From NCBI GenBank assembly GCA_020846535.1, contig JADLDR010000140.1:14253-78252 (forward strand): DNA of 64,000 bases, written 5' to 3'. The stretch is from Armatimonadota bacterium. Its GTDB lineage: Bacteria; Armatimonadota; JADLDR01. The notes below the pieces were generated by a model. That model was not told where the DNA came from. It saw only the letters and a program-made list of their open reading frames with translations, and did no database searches. How positions within the stretch are numbered: the stretch's first letter is position 1; each line of letters starts with the position of its first letter. The position numbers and the translations under genes are program-made. Below, in pieces: positions 38,243 to 46,692 of this stretch.

Positions 38243-39115
38243 TTAATCGGTCTCCCACAGGTCCAGCCCCAGCAGCTTGCGGCCCAGCGGGGTAAGCCGG
38301 GCGGTCTGGCCGTATTTTTGCTCGAAGCCCCGCGGGTCGCCGGGGAAGCCGGGCGGGGCCGTGCGCTCCTGCCAGCAGCGGATGCGGGCCTCCCGGGGCG
38401 AGGTGTGGGCTTCCTCCGGGGCGTCGCCGGCGTACCAGTCCGCCTCCAGCCGCGGCGGGTACATGCTGACATACTGGGCCAGCCGGGGCCGGTCGGAGAC
38501 ATTGTGGCCGTTTCCGTGGGCCAGCAGGCGGTCCCAGATCACCAGGTCGCCTGCATTGCCGGGGATCGGCACGGCCTGCCTGCCTTCGATCATACTGCGG
38601 GCGGACGGGCGGTTTTGAGGAGGCGTCTTGAGCCACTCCTCCATTTCCGTATGGATGCCGGGAATGCACTGGAAGCCTCCCTGATCGACATCGGTATCGG
38701 ACAGATACAGCACACCCTGCACCCAGAACGGGACGGGCGGCTGGGAGAAGTCGACATCCCAATGCATGAATCCCTTGTGGTCGTATTCCGGATGATCCGG
38801 GTGGCGGGACGGTTTCAGGGATATCCGGTCGATGCTGGCCCAGAGCTTTTCCGTTTCTAACAGATCCGCAAAGATCCGGTGCATCCGCGGGTGCTGCCGG
38901 TTGTCCCACATCGCCTGGTGCTGGTACATCTCCACCATGCCGCCCGGAGGCAGCGGCTCCCTGTACCAGGCCTCCGGGCTGTCCGGGGGCATGCCCAGAA
39001 ACCACCAGAGGGCATCGATAACGGCTTGCAGGTTCTCCGGAGGAACGGCCTCATGCACTACCAGATAGCCGTTTTCCCGGAAAAACGCATGATCTTCAGG
39101 GGTCAGCAGAGGCAT
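38243..39115 (-). CDS. Phytanoyl-CoA dioxygenase (PhyH) family oxygenase
   Basis: MPLLTPEDHAFFRENGYLVVHEAV; GFMHWDVD (His-x-Asp); LAHGNGHNVSDRPR. PhyH-like layout. Confidence 0.7.
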   Translation of the reverse strand: MPLLTPEDHAFFRENGYLVVHEAVPPENLQAVIDALWWFLGMPPDSPEAWYREPLPPGGMVEMYQHQAMWDNRQHPRMHRIFADLLETEKLWASIDRISLKPSRHPDHPEYDHKGFMHWDVDFSQPPVPFWVQGVLYLSDTDVDQGGFQCIPGIHTEMEEWLKTPPQNRPSARSMIEGRQAVPIPGNAGDLVIWDRLLAHGNGHNVSDRPRLAQYVSMYPPRLEADWYAGDAPEEAHTSPREARIRCWQERTAPPGFPGDPRGFEQKYGQTARLTPLGRKLLGLDLWETD

Positions 39116-39249
39116 GGCCGTACCTTTCCGGGGCGCAGAGGTTGGCGGCAGGCTTTCGCGTCCCGCATAAGATTCGATTCAAACGAAATATTCGCTAACC
39201 GCTGGTCTGTTCCCTGCCCTGCTTCATTAAATAGAAAGGATGTCGAGGT

Positions 39250-40926
39250 ATGAGACGTGTTACTATCCTGAAAATGGTTCCGGCCCTGGTGGCTGCTCTC
39301 TGCGGCAGCCTGCTGGCATCGCTTTCCGGCGCGGCTGCGCCGCTTGCCCGCATCGCCCCGGACAAGAAACTGATCGAATGGGGCTGGGACGAACCAGGCC
39401 CGGCCTATATGAGAGCCAATGCGGCCCGCATGGATGAATACGGCTTCGATGGCGTGATCTTCCATGCCGAACCGGCGCGGAACGGCCAGCCGATGAACTT
39501 CACCTGGGAGTGCTGGGGCGACAAGCGGTTCGAATACGGCGACTTCGCGCAGAATATCGCCGACCTGAAGGCCGCTCACACCTCCTTCCGGCGCATGACC
39601 GACAACTTCCTCCGCTTCAATGTCTCGCCGGGCAGCGTCGACTGGTTCGATGACTCCGCTTTCGCCGTTGTCCTGAACAACGCCGATCTTGCCGGGCGCG
39701 TGGCGAAAGAAGGCGGCTGCAAGGGGCTGATGTTCGATATCGAAGTCTACAATGAGCCGCTGTTTCTTTACGCCAAGCAGCTTCATAAGGACACCAGAAG
39801 CTTTCGGGATTACGAAGCGAAAGTGCGCCAGCGCGGTCAGGAATTGATCCGGGCTTTCAGCCGATACTATCCTGATATCACAATCCTGCTCACCTACGGC
39901 TACGGCATTACCGGCCTGAGCGGCGACCGCAGCAAGGCGCAGTACGGCCTTCTGAAAAACCTGCTGGACGGGATGCTCGATGCGGCCTCCGGTCAGACGG
40001 TTATTGTGGACGCCTACGAAGGGGCGTACAGCTTCAGGGCGCGCCGGGAATTCGTCAGCGCCCGCAAAAGCGTACTCAAGGATATGCTCCGCTATACCGG
40101 GAATCCGAAGGCGTATAAAAAGCACATGCGCGTGGGATTCGGCGTCTGGATGGACAACCGCTACGGCGCGAAAGCCTGGAATACCGGCGATTTCGAGAAA
40201 AACTATTTCCTGCCCGAGGAGTTCGAGTATTCCGTTTTCTGCGGCCTGCATGTCACCGATAAGTATGTCTGGGTTTATACCGAACATCCCAAATGGTGGA
40301 CGAACGACCGGCTGCCCGGCGAATACCTAGCCGCCCTGAAGTGCGTCCGCAATCCCCGCCCTATCGAAGATGCGAAGTATACCAAACGTCAGGTCAAAGA
40401 CCCGCCGGTGAAGGGCCTGGCCGCCGCCAACCAGCCCGGCTACAGCGATGAGGAAACCTTCGGCGACCTGAAAGGCAAGTATGAATTCCTCGCTGACCTT
40501 CCGAAAACGTGGCTCTTTCGCGCCGACCCCAGGCGCGAGGGCGAGAAGGGCCGGTGGTTTGATCCGGCATTGCCCGAAGTGGGCTGGCGCTCTATCGAAA
40601 TCGGCAAATTCTGGGATGAGCAGGGGATCAAATATATCGGGGACGCCTGGTATCGGGTCACCTGGCAGGCTCCCGACTTTCCCGATAACGTAAAGGTCGT
40701 GCTGTGGTTCGGGGCGGTGGATGAAACCGCCCGGGTCTGGGTGAACGGTGTCAGGGCCGGACAGCATATGGAGCCGCCCGATATCGGCTGGGATCAAAAA
40801 TTCCCCATCGACGTCACCGGCAAGCTCAAACCCGGCCAGCACAACACTATCGCCGTTAAGGTCGGAAACGGTTCTCTGGCAGGCGGTATCTGGAAATCGG
40901 TTAAACTGGCGATTGAGAAGTATTGA
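39250..40926 (+). CDS. Exported hypothetical protein with a C-terminal GH2-type galactose-binding jelly-roll
   Basis: Signal peptide present. The C-terminal GDAWYRVTWQAPDF..VVLWFGAVDETARVWVNGVRAG resembles sugar-binding domains of GH2 enzymes. The N-terminal 380 aa are unassigned. Confidence 0.55.
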   Translation: MRRVTILKMVPALVAALCGSLLASLSGAAAPLARIAPDKKLIEWGWDEPGPAYMRANAARMDEYGFDGVIFHAEPARNGQPMNFTWECWGDKRFEYGDFAQNIADLKAAHTSFRRMTDNFLRFNVSPGSVDWFDDSAFAVVLNNADLAGRVAKEGGCKGLMFDIEVYNEPLFLYAKQLHKDTRSFRDYEAKVRQRGQELIRAFSRYYPDITILLTYGYGITGLSGDRSKAQYGLLKNLLDGMLDAASGQTVIVDAYEGAYSFRARREFVSARKSVLKDMLRYTGNPKAYKKHMRVGFGVWMDNRYGAKAWNTGDFEKNYFLPEEFEYSVFCGLHVTDKYVWVYTEHPKWWTNDRLPGEYLAALKCVRNPRPIEDAKYTKRQVKDPPVKGLAAANQPGYSDEETFGDLKGKYEFLADLPKTWLFRADPRREGEKGRWFDPALPEVGWRSIEIGKFWDEQGIKYIGDAWYRVTWQAPDFPDNVKVVLWFGAVDETARVWVNGVRAGQHMEPPDIGWDQKFPIDVTGKLKPGQHNTIAVKVGNGSLAGGIWKSVKLAIEKY

Positions 40927-40931
40927 AATTA

Positions 40932-40961
40932 AGAGCTAATGATCATGGGGTCATTAGCTCT
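40932..40961 (+). terminator. Perfect 11-bp stem-loop at the GC-to-AT compositional boundary
   Basis: AGAGCTAATGA, 8-nt loop TCATGGGG, TCATTAGCTCT. It begins 6 nt after the stop of 39250..40926. There is no T tract, so terminator function is uncertain. Confidence 0.3.
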
Positions 40962-41014
40962 CATCATAATCAATATTTAAAATAGGGTTAAGTGAGCATT
41001 TTTAAGGAGAGAAC

Positions 41015-41893
41015 ATGCAATATAATCAAATTACAGATCTAATTGTAAAGTTATCGGAAAATCCCGGCCTGCCTTTTTCGGAGAGAGCTTTGGTATTACA
41101 AAACGCTCTTGAGCAATGCTCAGATATGGAAATAGTCACCCATTTAGAAAACGCTGGTATTATACCTGAGTGCTTTAGTCATGATTCGACCGAAGAAAAG
41201 TTATTTGCGAAATATTGTGATTCCCTATTAGCAATAGCTCTCAATTTACTTGGGATGAAAGCCTCTATTATAATAGAACGGGCTGATTCAGCAGATGTTA
41301 TTGCTAGTTTCCGCAATTATAGCATAGTCGGTGATGCAAAGGCGTTTAGATTAAGTAGAACAGCAAAGAATCAAAAAGATTTTAAAGTAGATGCATTAAA
41401 TCGCTGGCGTAAAGGCGCTAACTATGCTTGTCTAATAGCACCTTTATACCAATATCCTAAAAGCAATAGCCAGATATATCAACAAGCTATTCAAAACAAC
41501 GTCACTCTATTATCATATGCACATTTAAGCTATCTTATTCGTCACAAACCAGAACCTGAATCGCTAGAGGGCCTATGGCGCATTGGAACGATGCTAACAC
41601 CTTCCTCTCAAGCAAGAACGTATTGGGATGCGATAGGTTCGCTTTTATCGTCTATAACAATAACACAACGCGCTGAGTGGGACAAGCTAATACAAGATAC
41701 GTATAATAGACTGCCTATACAAGCTGAGGAACAGGTATTATATTTGAATCGAGAAAAAGAGCGAATTCAAATGCTATCCCATACTGAAGCCGTATTGAAG
41801 TTAATAGCGGCGTATAAGATTGACCGGAAAATTGCCGATATCAGACGTGGTGCCACGCTTTTAAACGAAACTAAAGAGATCGTCGATTCGTGA
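41015..41893 (+). CDS. Type II restriction endonuclease, HindIII family
   Basis: AAGGAG ribosome-binding site. The stretch ..IIPECFSHDSTEEKLFAKYCD..SADVIASFRNYSIVGDAKAFRLSRTAKNQKDFKVDALNRWRKGANYACLIAPLYQYP.. closely parallels my recollection of R.HindIII around its catalytic D...D-A-K (..GDVIALSKEFNYGLVADAKSFRLSRTAKNQKDFKVKALSEW..). Confidence 0.75.
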   Translation: MQYNQITDLIVKLSENPGLPFSERALVLQNALEQCSDMEIVTHLENAGIIPECFSHDSTEEKLFAKYCDSLLAIALNLLGMKASIIIERADSADVIASFRNYSIVGDAKAFRLSRTAKNQKDFKVDALNRWRKGANYACLIAPLYQYPKSNSQIYQQAIQNNVTLLSYAHLSYLIRHKPEPESLEGLWRIGTMLTPSSQARTYWDAIGSLLSSITITQRAEWDKLIQDTYNRLPIQAEEQVLYLNREKERIQMLSHTEAVLKLIAAYKIDRKIADIRRGATLLNETKEIVDS

Positions 41894-44021
41894 TATGGAA
41901 CGAAGGAAATATTTCTTTTATAACCGATTCAAAGCATTTGAGTGCGTCGATATCAGACATACAACCAATAACGCGCTTCACGTTCAGAAGCATTCCTACA
42001 GATTGTGCGAAACAGGCAACCGCGATGTCTTCGTGTTGCCATCCTGCATCTTCAAGGCTTTGTCTTATCGCAGAAGAAATATTGCGTAATTCATCTGTAA
42101 GGCTATATATTGATTTTTCTTCTTTCGGTTTATCAGATTTATGGGCAACAAATACTACACAGGTGTTAACTGCATTCGACCCGATAGCTCTGGGCCTAGC
42201 CTTTCTCTCAATACTCAGAGGCTGAACACTGGTAATAACTAACCCACTGGGTCGGTAAGCCCTCACCAGGGACTCCCACCCCTGTAATGAACTATGACTA
42301 AATAAAAGGGCAAAAACACCATCTACCTTCAATACTCTATCTGCTTCTGCTATTGCTAGAGCTAATTGTTTGCAGTAATCTTCGTGTGCTTTATTCGCAG
42401 CGCCACTTCTAAAAGTTGAGGCGACAAGTTCATGTGACGAATCGGTGGAAACAGAGTCAAAAAGATCAGGAACAATTTTTTTGAGTAAAATACGTTTCCA
42501 AGCAAAGAAAAAATCCGCCAATACATTATAGTAGATATTGTCGTAATATGGAGGATCTGTTACTATGGCATCAAAATATTCGTCTCTATATGGTAGTCTT
42601 TGTGCATATCCTTTCTGTATATTGACGTTACCATTCAAAAGCCCTGTTATTGCTGTGCCATCGGCAATTCTATTTAATTTGTCCCAAAGATTTGATGGCC
42701 CGTTTTGTATCGGGTCAGTTTCAGCATAATCCCATAACATGGGGACACCTGGACCACAAAACGCTCTGCCAACTTGCTCGTTCTGGGGTATCCACATAGA
42801 TAATCTACAATTCCAGTCCACAAGCTGATCTATTAATCCTGAAAGCATCCCAATAACAGCTATAGCTATATTCTCACCTTTCAATTCTTTTAGATATATA
42901 TATTCATAAGTAAGACATTCAATTAAATGCAATATTACTAACTTTTGTCGTTTATTCATGAAGTCCGCATGAGTCTCTATCCCATAAATCGCAGGGTTCA
43001 CAATTCCAGACCAGCAGGGCAATTTCGTATTTGGAAGGCTCGTATTAAGTGATTCTAATAAATTCGATTCAATTGATTCCAAAGAGTTCATATCGGGGAT
43101 ATTTTCGGGAGTAGTGATGTGATACTGCTTACCGCATTTTCCATTTGCGCCAATATAAGCAATAATCTCATCTTGACAATTTTTAATTGATATTCCAGAG
43201 ATCACTTTGCTACATTTTGGGCACGTTACACTGCCATTTCTTCCATTCCAAACATTCTGTCTCTCTATATCTTTACATGTTCGATCTATATTAATAGTAT
43301 ATTTGTGCTCATCATAATTGACTTTCAAAGCAATATATTTATTGGGTTTTTTCGCGAGCCATAGCCGTTTAGATAAAAGGAATTTATAATTGCAGCTAGG
43401 GCATTTTTGGGAGTATGTCCAAAGGTATGTATTGGCATAAGGACGAAGAGGGAAGAGACTTGCTGTTTTATGAGTTAGCTTATCCAGAACTCTTTTACCC
43501 GCCTGATAGATAAGTGCCTGAAGTTGCATATGGTCACAAACCTGACTGGCTTCCATTAGGTTTTTCTGTATAAATATAGATAGCTCATTACTATCTATTG
43601 AATAGGCTTCTGCACCGAGAATTGCAGCCTCAAAAGGAATAGTGCCGCTCCCTCCAAACATATCAAGAACTCTTGGAGGAGAAATATAATCTTGTATCAA
43701 CGTATTCCTTGCTTTTTCTAAGCTATATAAAGAAGGTTTAGAAGAAGTACTTAATTCTCTCATTATCGCTAGATGCTCGCGGCTCCTGCCTTTAGATAGG
43801 CACGCATAAATAAGAGCGCGCATCGCGCTATGTGGTCTTCTAGCCCACCATACATGAATCGTATGGGGAGTTTCACCTCTACGGTATCTTTCGGCAAAGC
43901 CGCCCAGAGAAGCTTCATATTGAAGCATGCCTTCATCCACTAAGCGTGTCGTTTCATTTTGTGGAATGGGCACTAAATTAGGATTTGGCTTCAAGTAATC
44001 AGTAAATAATGTATAAATCAT
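41871..44021 (-). CDS. DUF1156 (COG1743-type) Zn-ribbon DNA methyltransferase, DPPY class
   Basis: DUF1156 signature TIHVWWARRPHSAMRA. SAM motif I is LDMFGGSGTIPFEA. Zn-ribbon Cys pairs are CPSC..CPKC. Motif IV is VTDPPYYDNIYY. Confidence 0.8.
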   Translation of the reverse strand: MIYTLFTDYLKPNPNLVPIPQNETTRLVDEGMLQYEASLGGFAERYRRGETPHTIHVWWARRPHSAMRALIYACLSKGRSREHLAIMRELSTSSKPSLYSLEKARNTLIQDYISPPRVLDMFGGSGTIPFEAAILGAEAYSIDSNELSIFIQKNLMEASQVCDHMQLQALIYQAGKRVLDKLTHKTASLFPLRPYANTYLWTYSQKCPSCNYKFLLSKRLWLAKKPNKYIALKVNYDEHKYTINIDRTCKDIERQNVWNGRNGSVTCPKCSKVISGISIKNCQDEIIAYIGANGKCGKQYHITTPENIPDMNSLESIESNLLESLNTSLPNTKLPCWSGIVNPAIYGIETHADFMNKRQKLVILHLIECLTYEYIYLKELKGENIAIAVIGMLSGLIDQLVDWNCRLSMWIPQNEQVGRAFCGPGVPMLWDYAETDPIQNGPSNLWDKLNRIADGTAITGLLNGNVNIQKGYAQRLPYRDEYFDAIVTDPPYYDNIYYNVLADFFFAWKRILLKKIVPDLFDSVSTDSSHELVASTFRSGAANKAHEDYCKQLALAIAEADRVLKVDGVFALLFSHSSLQGWESLVRAYRPSGLVITSVQPLSIERKARPRAIGSNAVNTCVVFVAHKSDKPKEEKSIYSLTDELRNISSAIRQSLEDAGWQHEDIAVACFAQSVGMLLNVKRVIGCMSDIDALKCFESVIKEIFPSFHITNRRSL

Positions 44022-44080
44022 TATACTTTTCTTTCATAACATAGGAAGTCATTTTCAATGGCAAATTTCTTGATAGCCAT
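44021..44080 (-). CDS. Possible 19-codon leader ORF translationally coupled to the methyltransferase
   Basis: MAIKKFAIENDFLCYERKV*. Its TAA shares one A with the methyltransferase ATG (TAATG). There is no clear Shine-Dalgarno sequence. Speculative. Confidence 0.25.
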   Translation of the reverse strand: MAIKKFAIENDFLCYERKV

Positions 44081-44097
44081 ACTTTTATTATGATGAT

Positions 44098-44126
44098 ATA
44101 ATACTCCAAGAAAAATATTTTGTCAA
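44098..44126 (-). promoter_or_regulatory. Near-consensus sigma70-type promoter driving the leader/methyltransferase
   Basis: On the minus strand: TTGACA (44126-44121), a 17-nt spacer, then TATTAT (44103-44098). This sits 17 nt upstream of the leader ATG. Confidence 0.5.
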
Positions 44127-44155
44127 CTGCTCAGGCGCTTTGAGCGGATAAATAA

Positions 44156-44386
44156 CTAAATATATGCCATGCTACCCTGCTTTCCACCAGTGGCGTCATC
44201 TCAGTCTTTTTCGCCGCATCGTTGGAATGGCAGGAACGCAGACTTTTACATACAAAAATATATAGCGCCCGATTTCAAATCTCCCCTCGTCAAGCCCTTC
44301 GTGACCTTGAATCTCTTGTAGAAATGGGCCTCCTTTTTCGAGAAGGCAAGGGTTCTGCAACCCAGTATATTTTACCCAACAGATAA
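44156..44386 (+). pseudogene. C-terminal winged-helix remnant of a Fic-/ATPase-type regulator (no start codon)
   Basis: Open frame without a start codon: ..GVISVFFAASLEWQERRLLHTKIYSARFQISPRQALRDLESLVEMGLLFREGKGSATQYILPNR*. It follows the pattern S-x-R-x-A-x-RDL-x-x-LVE-x-G-x-L...G-x-G-x-x-T-x-Y-x-L seen in wHTH tails. GC content is intermediate. Confidence 0.45.
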
Positions 44387-44390
44387 TCTT

Positions 44391-44420
44391 ATGGCGCGAT
44401 CATGGCGCGATCATGGCGAC
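44391..44420. repeat. 11-bp tandem repeat, about 2.7 copies
   Basis: ATGGCGCGATC ATGGCGCGATC ATGGCGAC. It lies at the right edge of the AT-rich island. Confidence 0.9.
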
Positions 44421-44476
44421 AGCCAATACCACAAAAAATCCATCCGATACCAAGCGATAGAAAAGGAGTAATCCTC

Positions 44477-45442
44477 ATGCGAAATATCCGAGTCGCATCC
44501 GTGCAGTTCGAGCATTCTGCAGGGGATAAGGAAGCCAATTTCGGCAAGATACGGCGTTTTGTCCGGGAGGCGGCGGAACGGCAGGTGGAAATCATCGTCT
44601 TTCCGGAATGCTGTATCACCGGTTACTGGTTTCTGAGGAAGCTGACGCGGGAGGGCCTGCTGGCCCTGGCTGAGCCGGTTTCCGAAGGCCCCTCCACTCG
44701 GTCGCTTCTGGAACTGTCGCGGGAATACGGCATGACCATAGGGGCCGGGCTGGTCGAAATCGACCGGGAGGGTCTTCTGCATAATACCTACGTGGTGGCG
44801 ATGCCGGACGGCAACTGGCGGCTGCACCGGAAGATTCACGCTTTCGAGAGCGACGATATCATCCCCGGCTCGGAGTATACGGTGTTCGATACCCCGCACG
44901 GCTGCCGCGTCGGAGTCCTGATCTGCTACGACTGCAATATCAATGAAAATGTGCGGATCACGGCTCTGATGGGAGCCGAAATCCTGCTGGCCCCCCACCA
45001 GACGGGAGGCTGCACCTCCAAGAACCCGCACCTGATGGGCCTCATCGAACGCCGCGTCTGGGAGGAGCGCCTCAGCAACCCGCAGGCCATCGAAGCGGAA
45101 TTGAAGGGCGACAAGGGCCGGGGCTGGCTGATGCGCTGGCTTCCCTCCCGCGCCCATGACAACGGGATGTTCCTGATCTTCAGCAACGGGGTAGGCATCG
45201 ATGACAACGAGGTCCGCACCGGCAATGCCATGATCCTCGATCCCTATGGCCGCATCCTTTCCGAAACCTGGAAGGCCGATGACGTCATGGTGACCGCCGA
45301 CCTGGACGCTTCCCTGCTGGAACACTCCACAGGCCGCCGCTGGATCAAGACACGCCGCCCTGAACTCTACGGCCCCCTGACCGTTCCCACCGGCAAAGAA
45401 AGCGACACCCGATCCGTAAGGTTCGACGAAGTGGGAGGATAG
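44477..45442 (+). CDS. Carbon-nitrogen hydrolase (nitrilase superfamily) protein
   Basis: Trimmed to ATG 44477 (AAGGAG upstream). Glu-Lys-Cys triad contexts are IIVFPE, LHRKIH and VGVLICYD. Confidence 0.8.
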   Translation: MRNIRVASVQFEHSAGDKEANFGKIRRFVREAAERQVEIIVFPECCITGYWFLRKLTREGLLALAEPVSEGPSTRSLLELSREYGMTIGAGLVEIDREGLLHNTYVVAMPDGNWRLHRKIHAFESDDIIPGSEYTVFDTPHGCRVGVLICYDCNINENVRITALMGAEILLAPHQTGGCTSKNPHLMGLIERRVWEERLSNPQAIEAELKGDKGRGWLMRWLPSRAHDNGMFLIFSNGVGIDDNEVRTGNAMILDPYGRILSETWKADDVMVTADLDASLLEHSTGRRWIKTRRPELYGPLTVPTGKESDTRSVRFDEVGG

Positions 45443-45464
45443 CCGAGGGCAGGGTAGAAAGCCG

Positions 45465-46573
45465 TCAATAGCGTCCGTATTGTTCGACCAGTTCGGAAAC
45501 CATCGCCACGCGCCTTAGATCGGCGTCCGGGGGAACCTGATCGGAGACGCCCAGCACGAAACGCCTGTCTGCACGGCAGAGGCGCAGGCAGGCCATCGTC
45601 ATCTCCCGCAGAACCGATTCCGGGTAGATCGGGCTGAAATAGGCTCCGGGCAAGCCGCCCCAGAGGATCAGATCCGGCCCAGCCCGGTCGCGCCATTCCG
45701 AAAGAGGCACATCGCCCACAGGCGCAGAGGTCAGCGATTGGGCGCTGTCCAGGCCCGTCCCGGCGACAAGGGGCAGCAGCCCCTGAAACGTGCCGTCGAT
45801 ATGGACGAAGGTTTTTTGCTCGCCTCCTGGATCGGGGGGATGCGGCGGCGGTAGAAAGGAACGTAACGCTTCTCGAAGAGGCGCGGGCTGACCACCTCCC
45901 CGGTGATGTTGTCGGCAAGGCAGACCAGGGGCACGGGGAAGAGGGCGGCGGCCTCGCAAAAGGGCGATTCGGCCTCGGCTATCGCTGACAGGATGGCGTC
46001 CACCTCCTCCGGCGCGTCCGCCAGGGCGTAGACAGTGTTTTGGACGCCCATCCAGGTGACCAGCAGCCCGGCCCGTTGGCTGCGGAGCAGGATCGTTCCG
46101 GCCACGCCGGTATCGTCCCACAGGGCCATCTGCTCTCGCTGAGGGCCGTCGTCGGGAGTGGCCTCCTGATGCTCCGGGATGTAGCGCAGGACCTTAAGAT
46201 CGGCAACCGAAGCCACCGGATAGCGGCGGTAGGCCCAGCACGCGCTGGCCGGTTCCCACACCTGCGCCGGGGTGAGCGTTCCCAGCGGGATATGCCAGGC
46301 CGTCGTCTGGCTTGCCGGAAGCCCCTGGGGGCCGGTGGCAACCTCCATTTCCACGCCGGAGTAGCGAACCGCGCAGGGCAGGCTCAGGCAGTGCTTATGC
46401 GCCCCGCATCTCAGGTCTTGATACAGTTTCACCACTCCCGCCCCCCGATACCTGTCCGGCAGGTCTCCGCCGCTTTCATGGGCGGCGTGCCAGCAGGTCA
46501 GGTCGGCGATCCAGGGTGCCGCATCGGGCGTAGCGCCCTCAAAAACGGCCAGCAGTCTTTCTTTCGGAGTCAT
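45465..46573 (-). pseudogene. URO-D family protein with a single frameshift in an A6/T6 run
   Basis: Track ORFs 45731..46573 and 45465..46121 are the N- and C-terminal parts of one URO-D-like protein. One extra A in the run at 45812-45817 would give ..RRRIPPIQEASKKTFVHIDGTFQGLLPLVAGTGLD... This could equally be a sequencing error. Confidence 0.6.
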
Positions 46574-46692
46574 AGCATGGATCCTCTCGACGCGAAGTAG
46601 CCTATTATAGCGAGGAGGAAGCCGATTGCCAAGAACGCCTGAAAGGAAATCGTTCCTAAAAATCGAACAGATGCCGGAAAAAGGAGGCTGCC

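Noticed and set aside
46606-46635. A possible additional degenerate copy of the palindromic element (TATAGCGAGGAGGAAGCCGATTGCC)
   Set aside because: Only about 20 nt resemble one arm and there is no partner arm. This is too weak to list as a feature.
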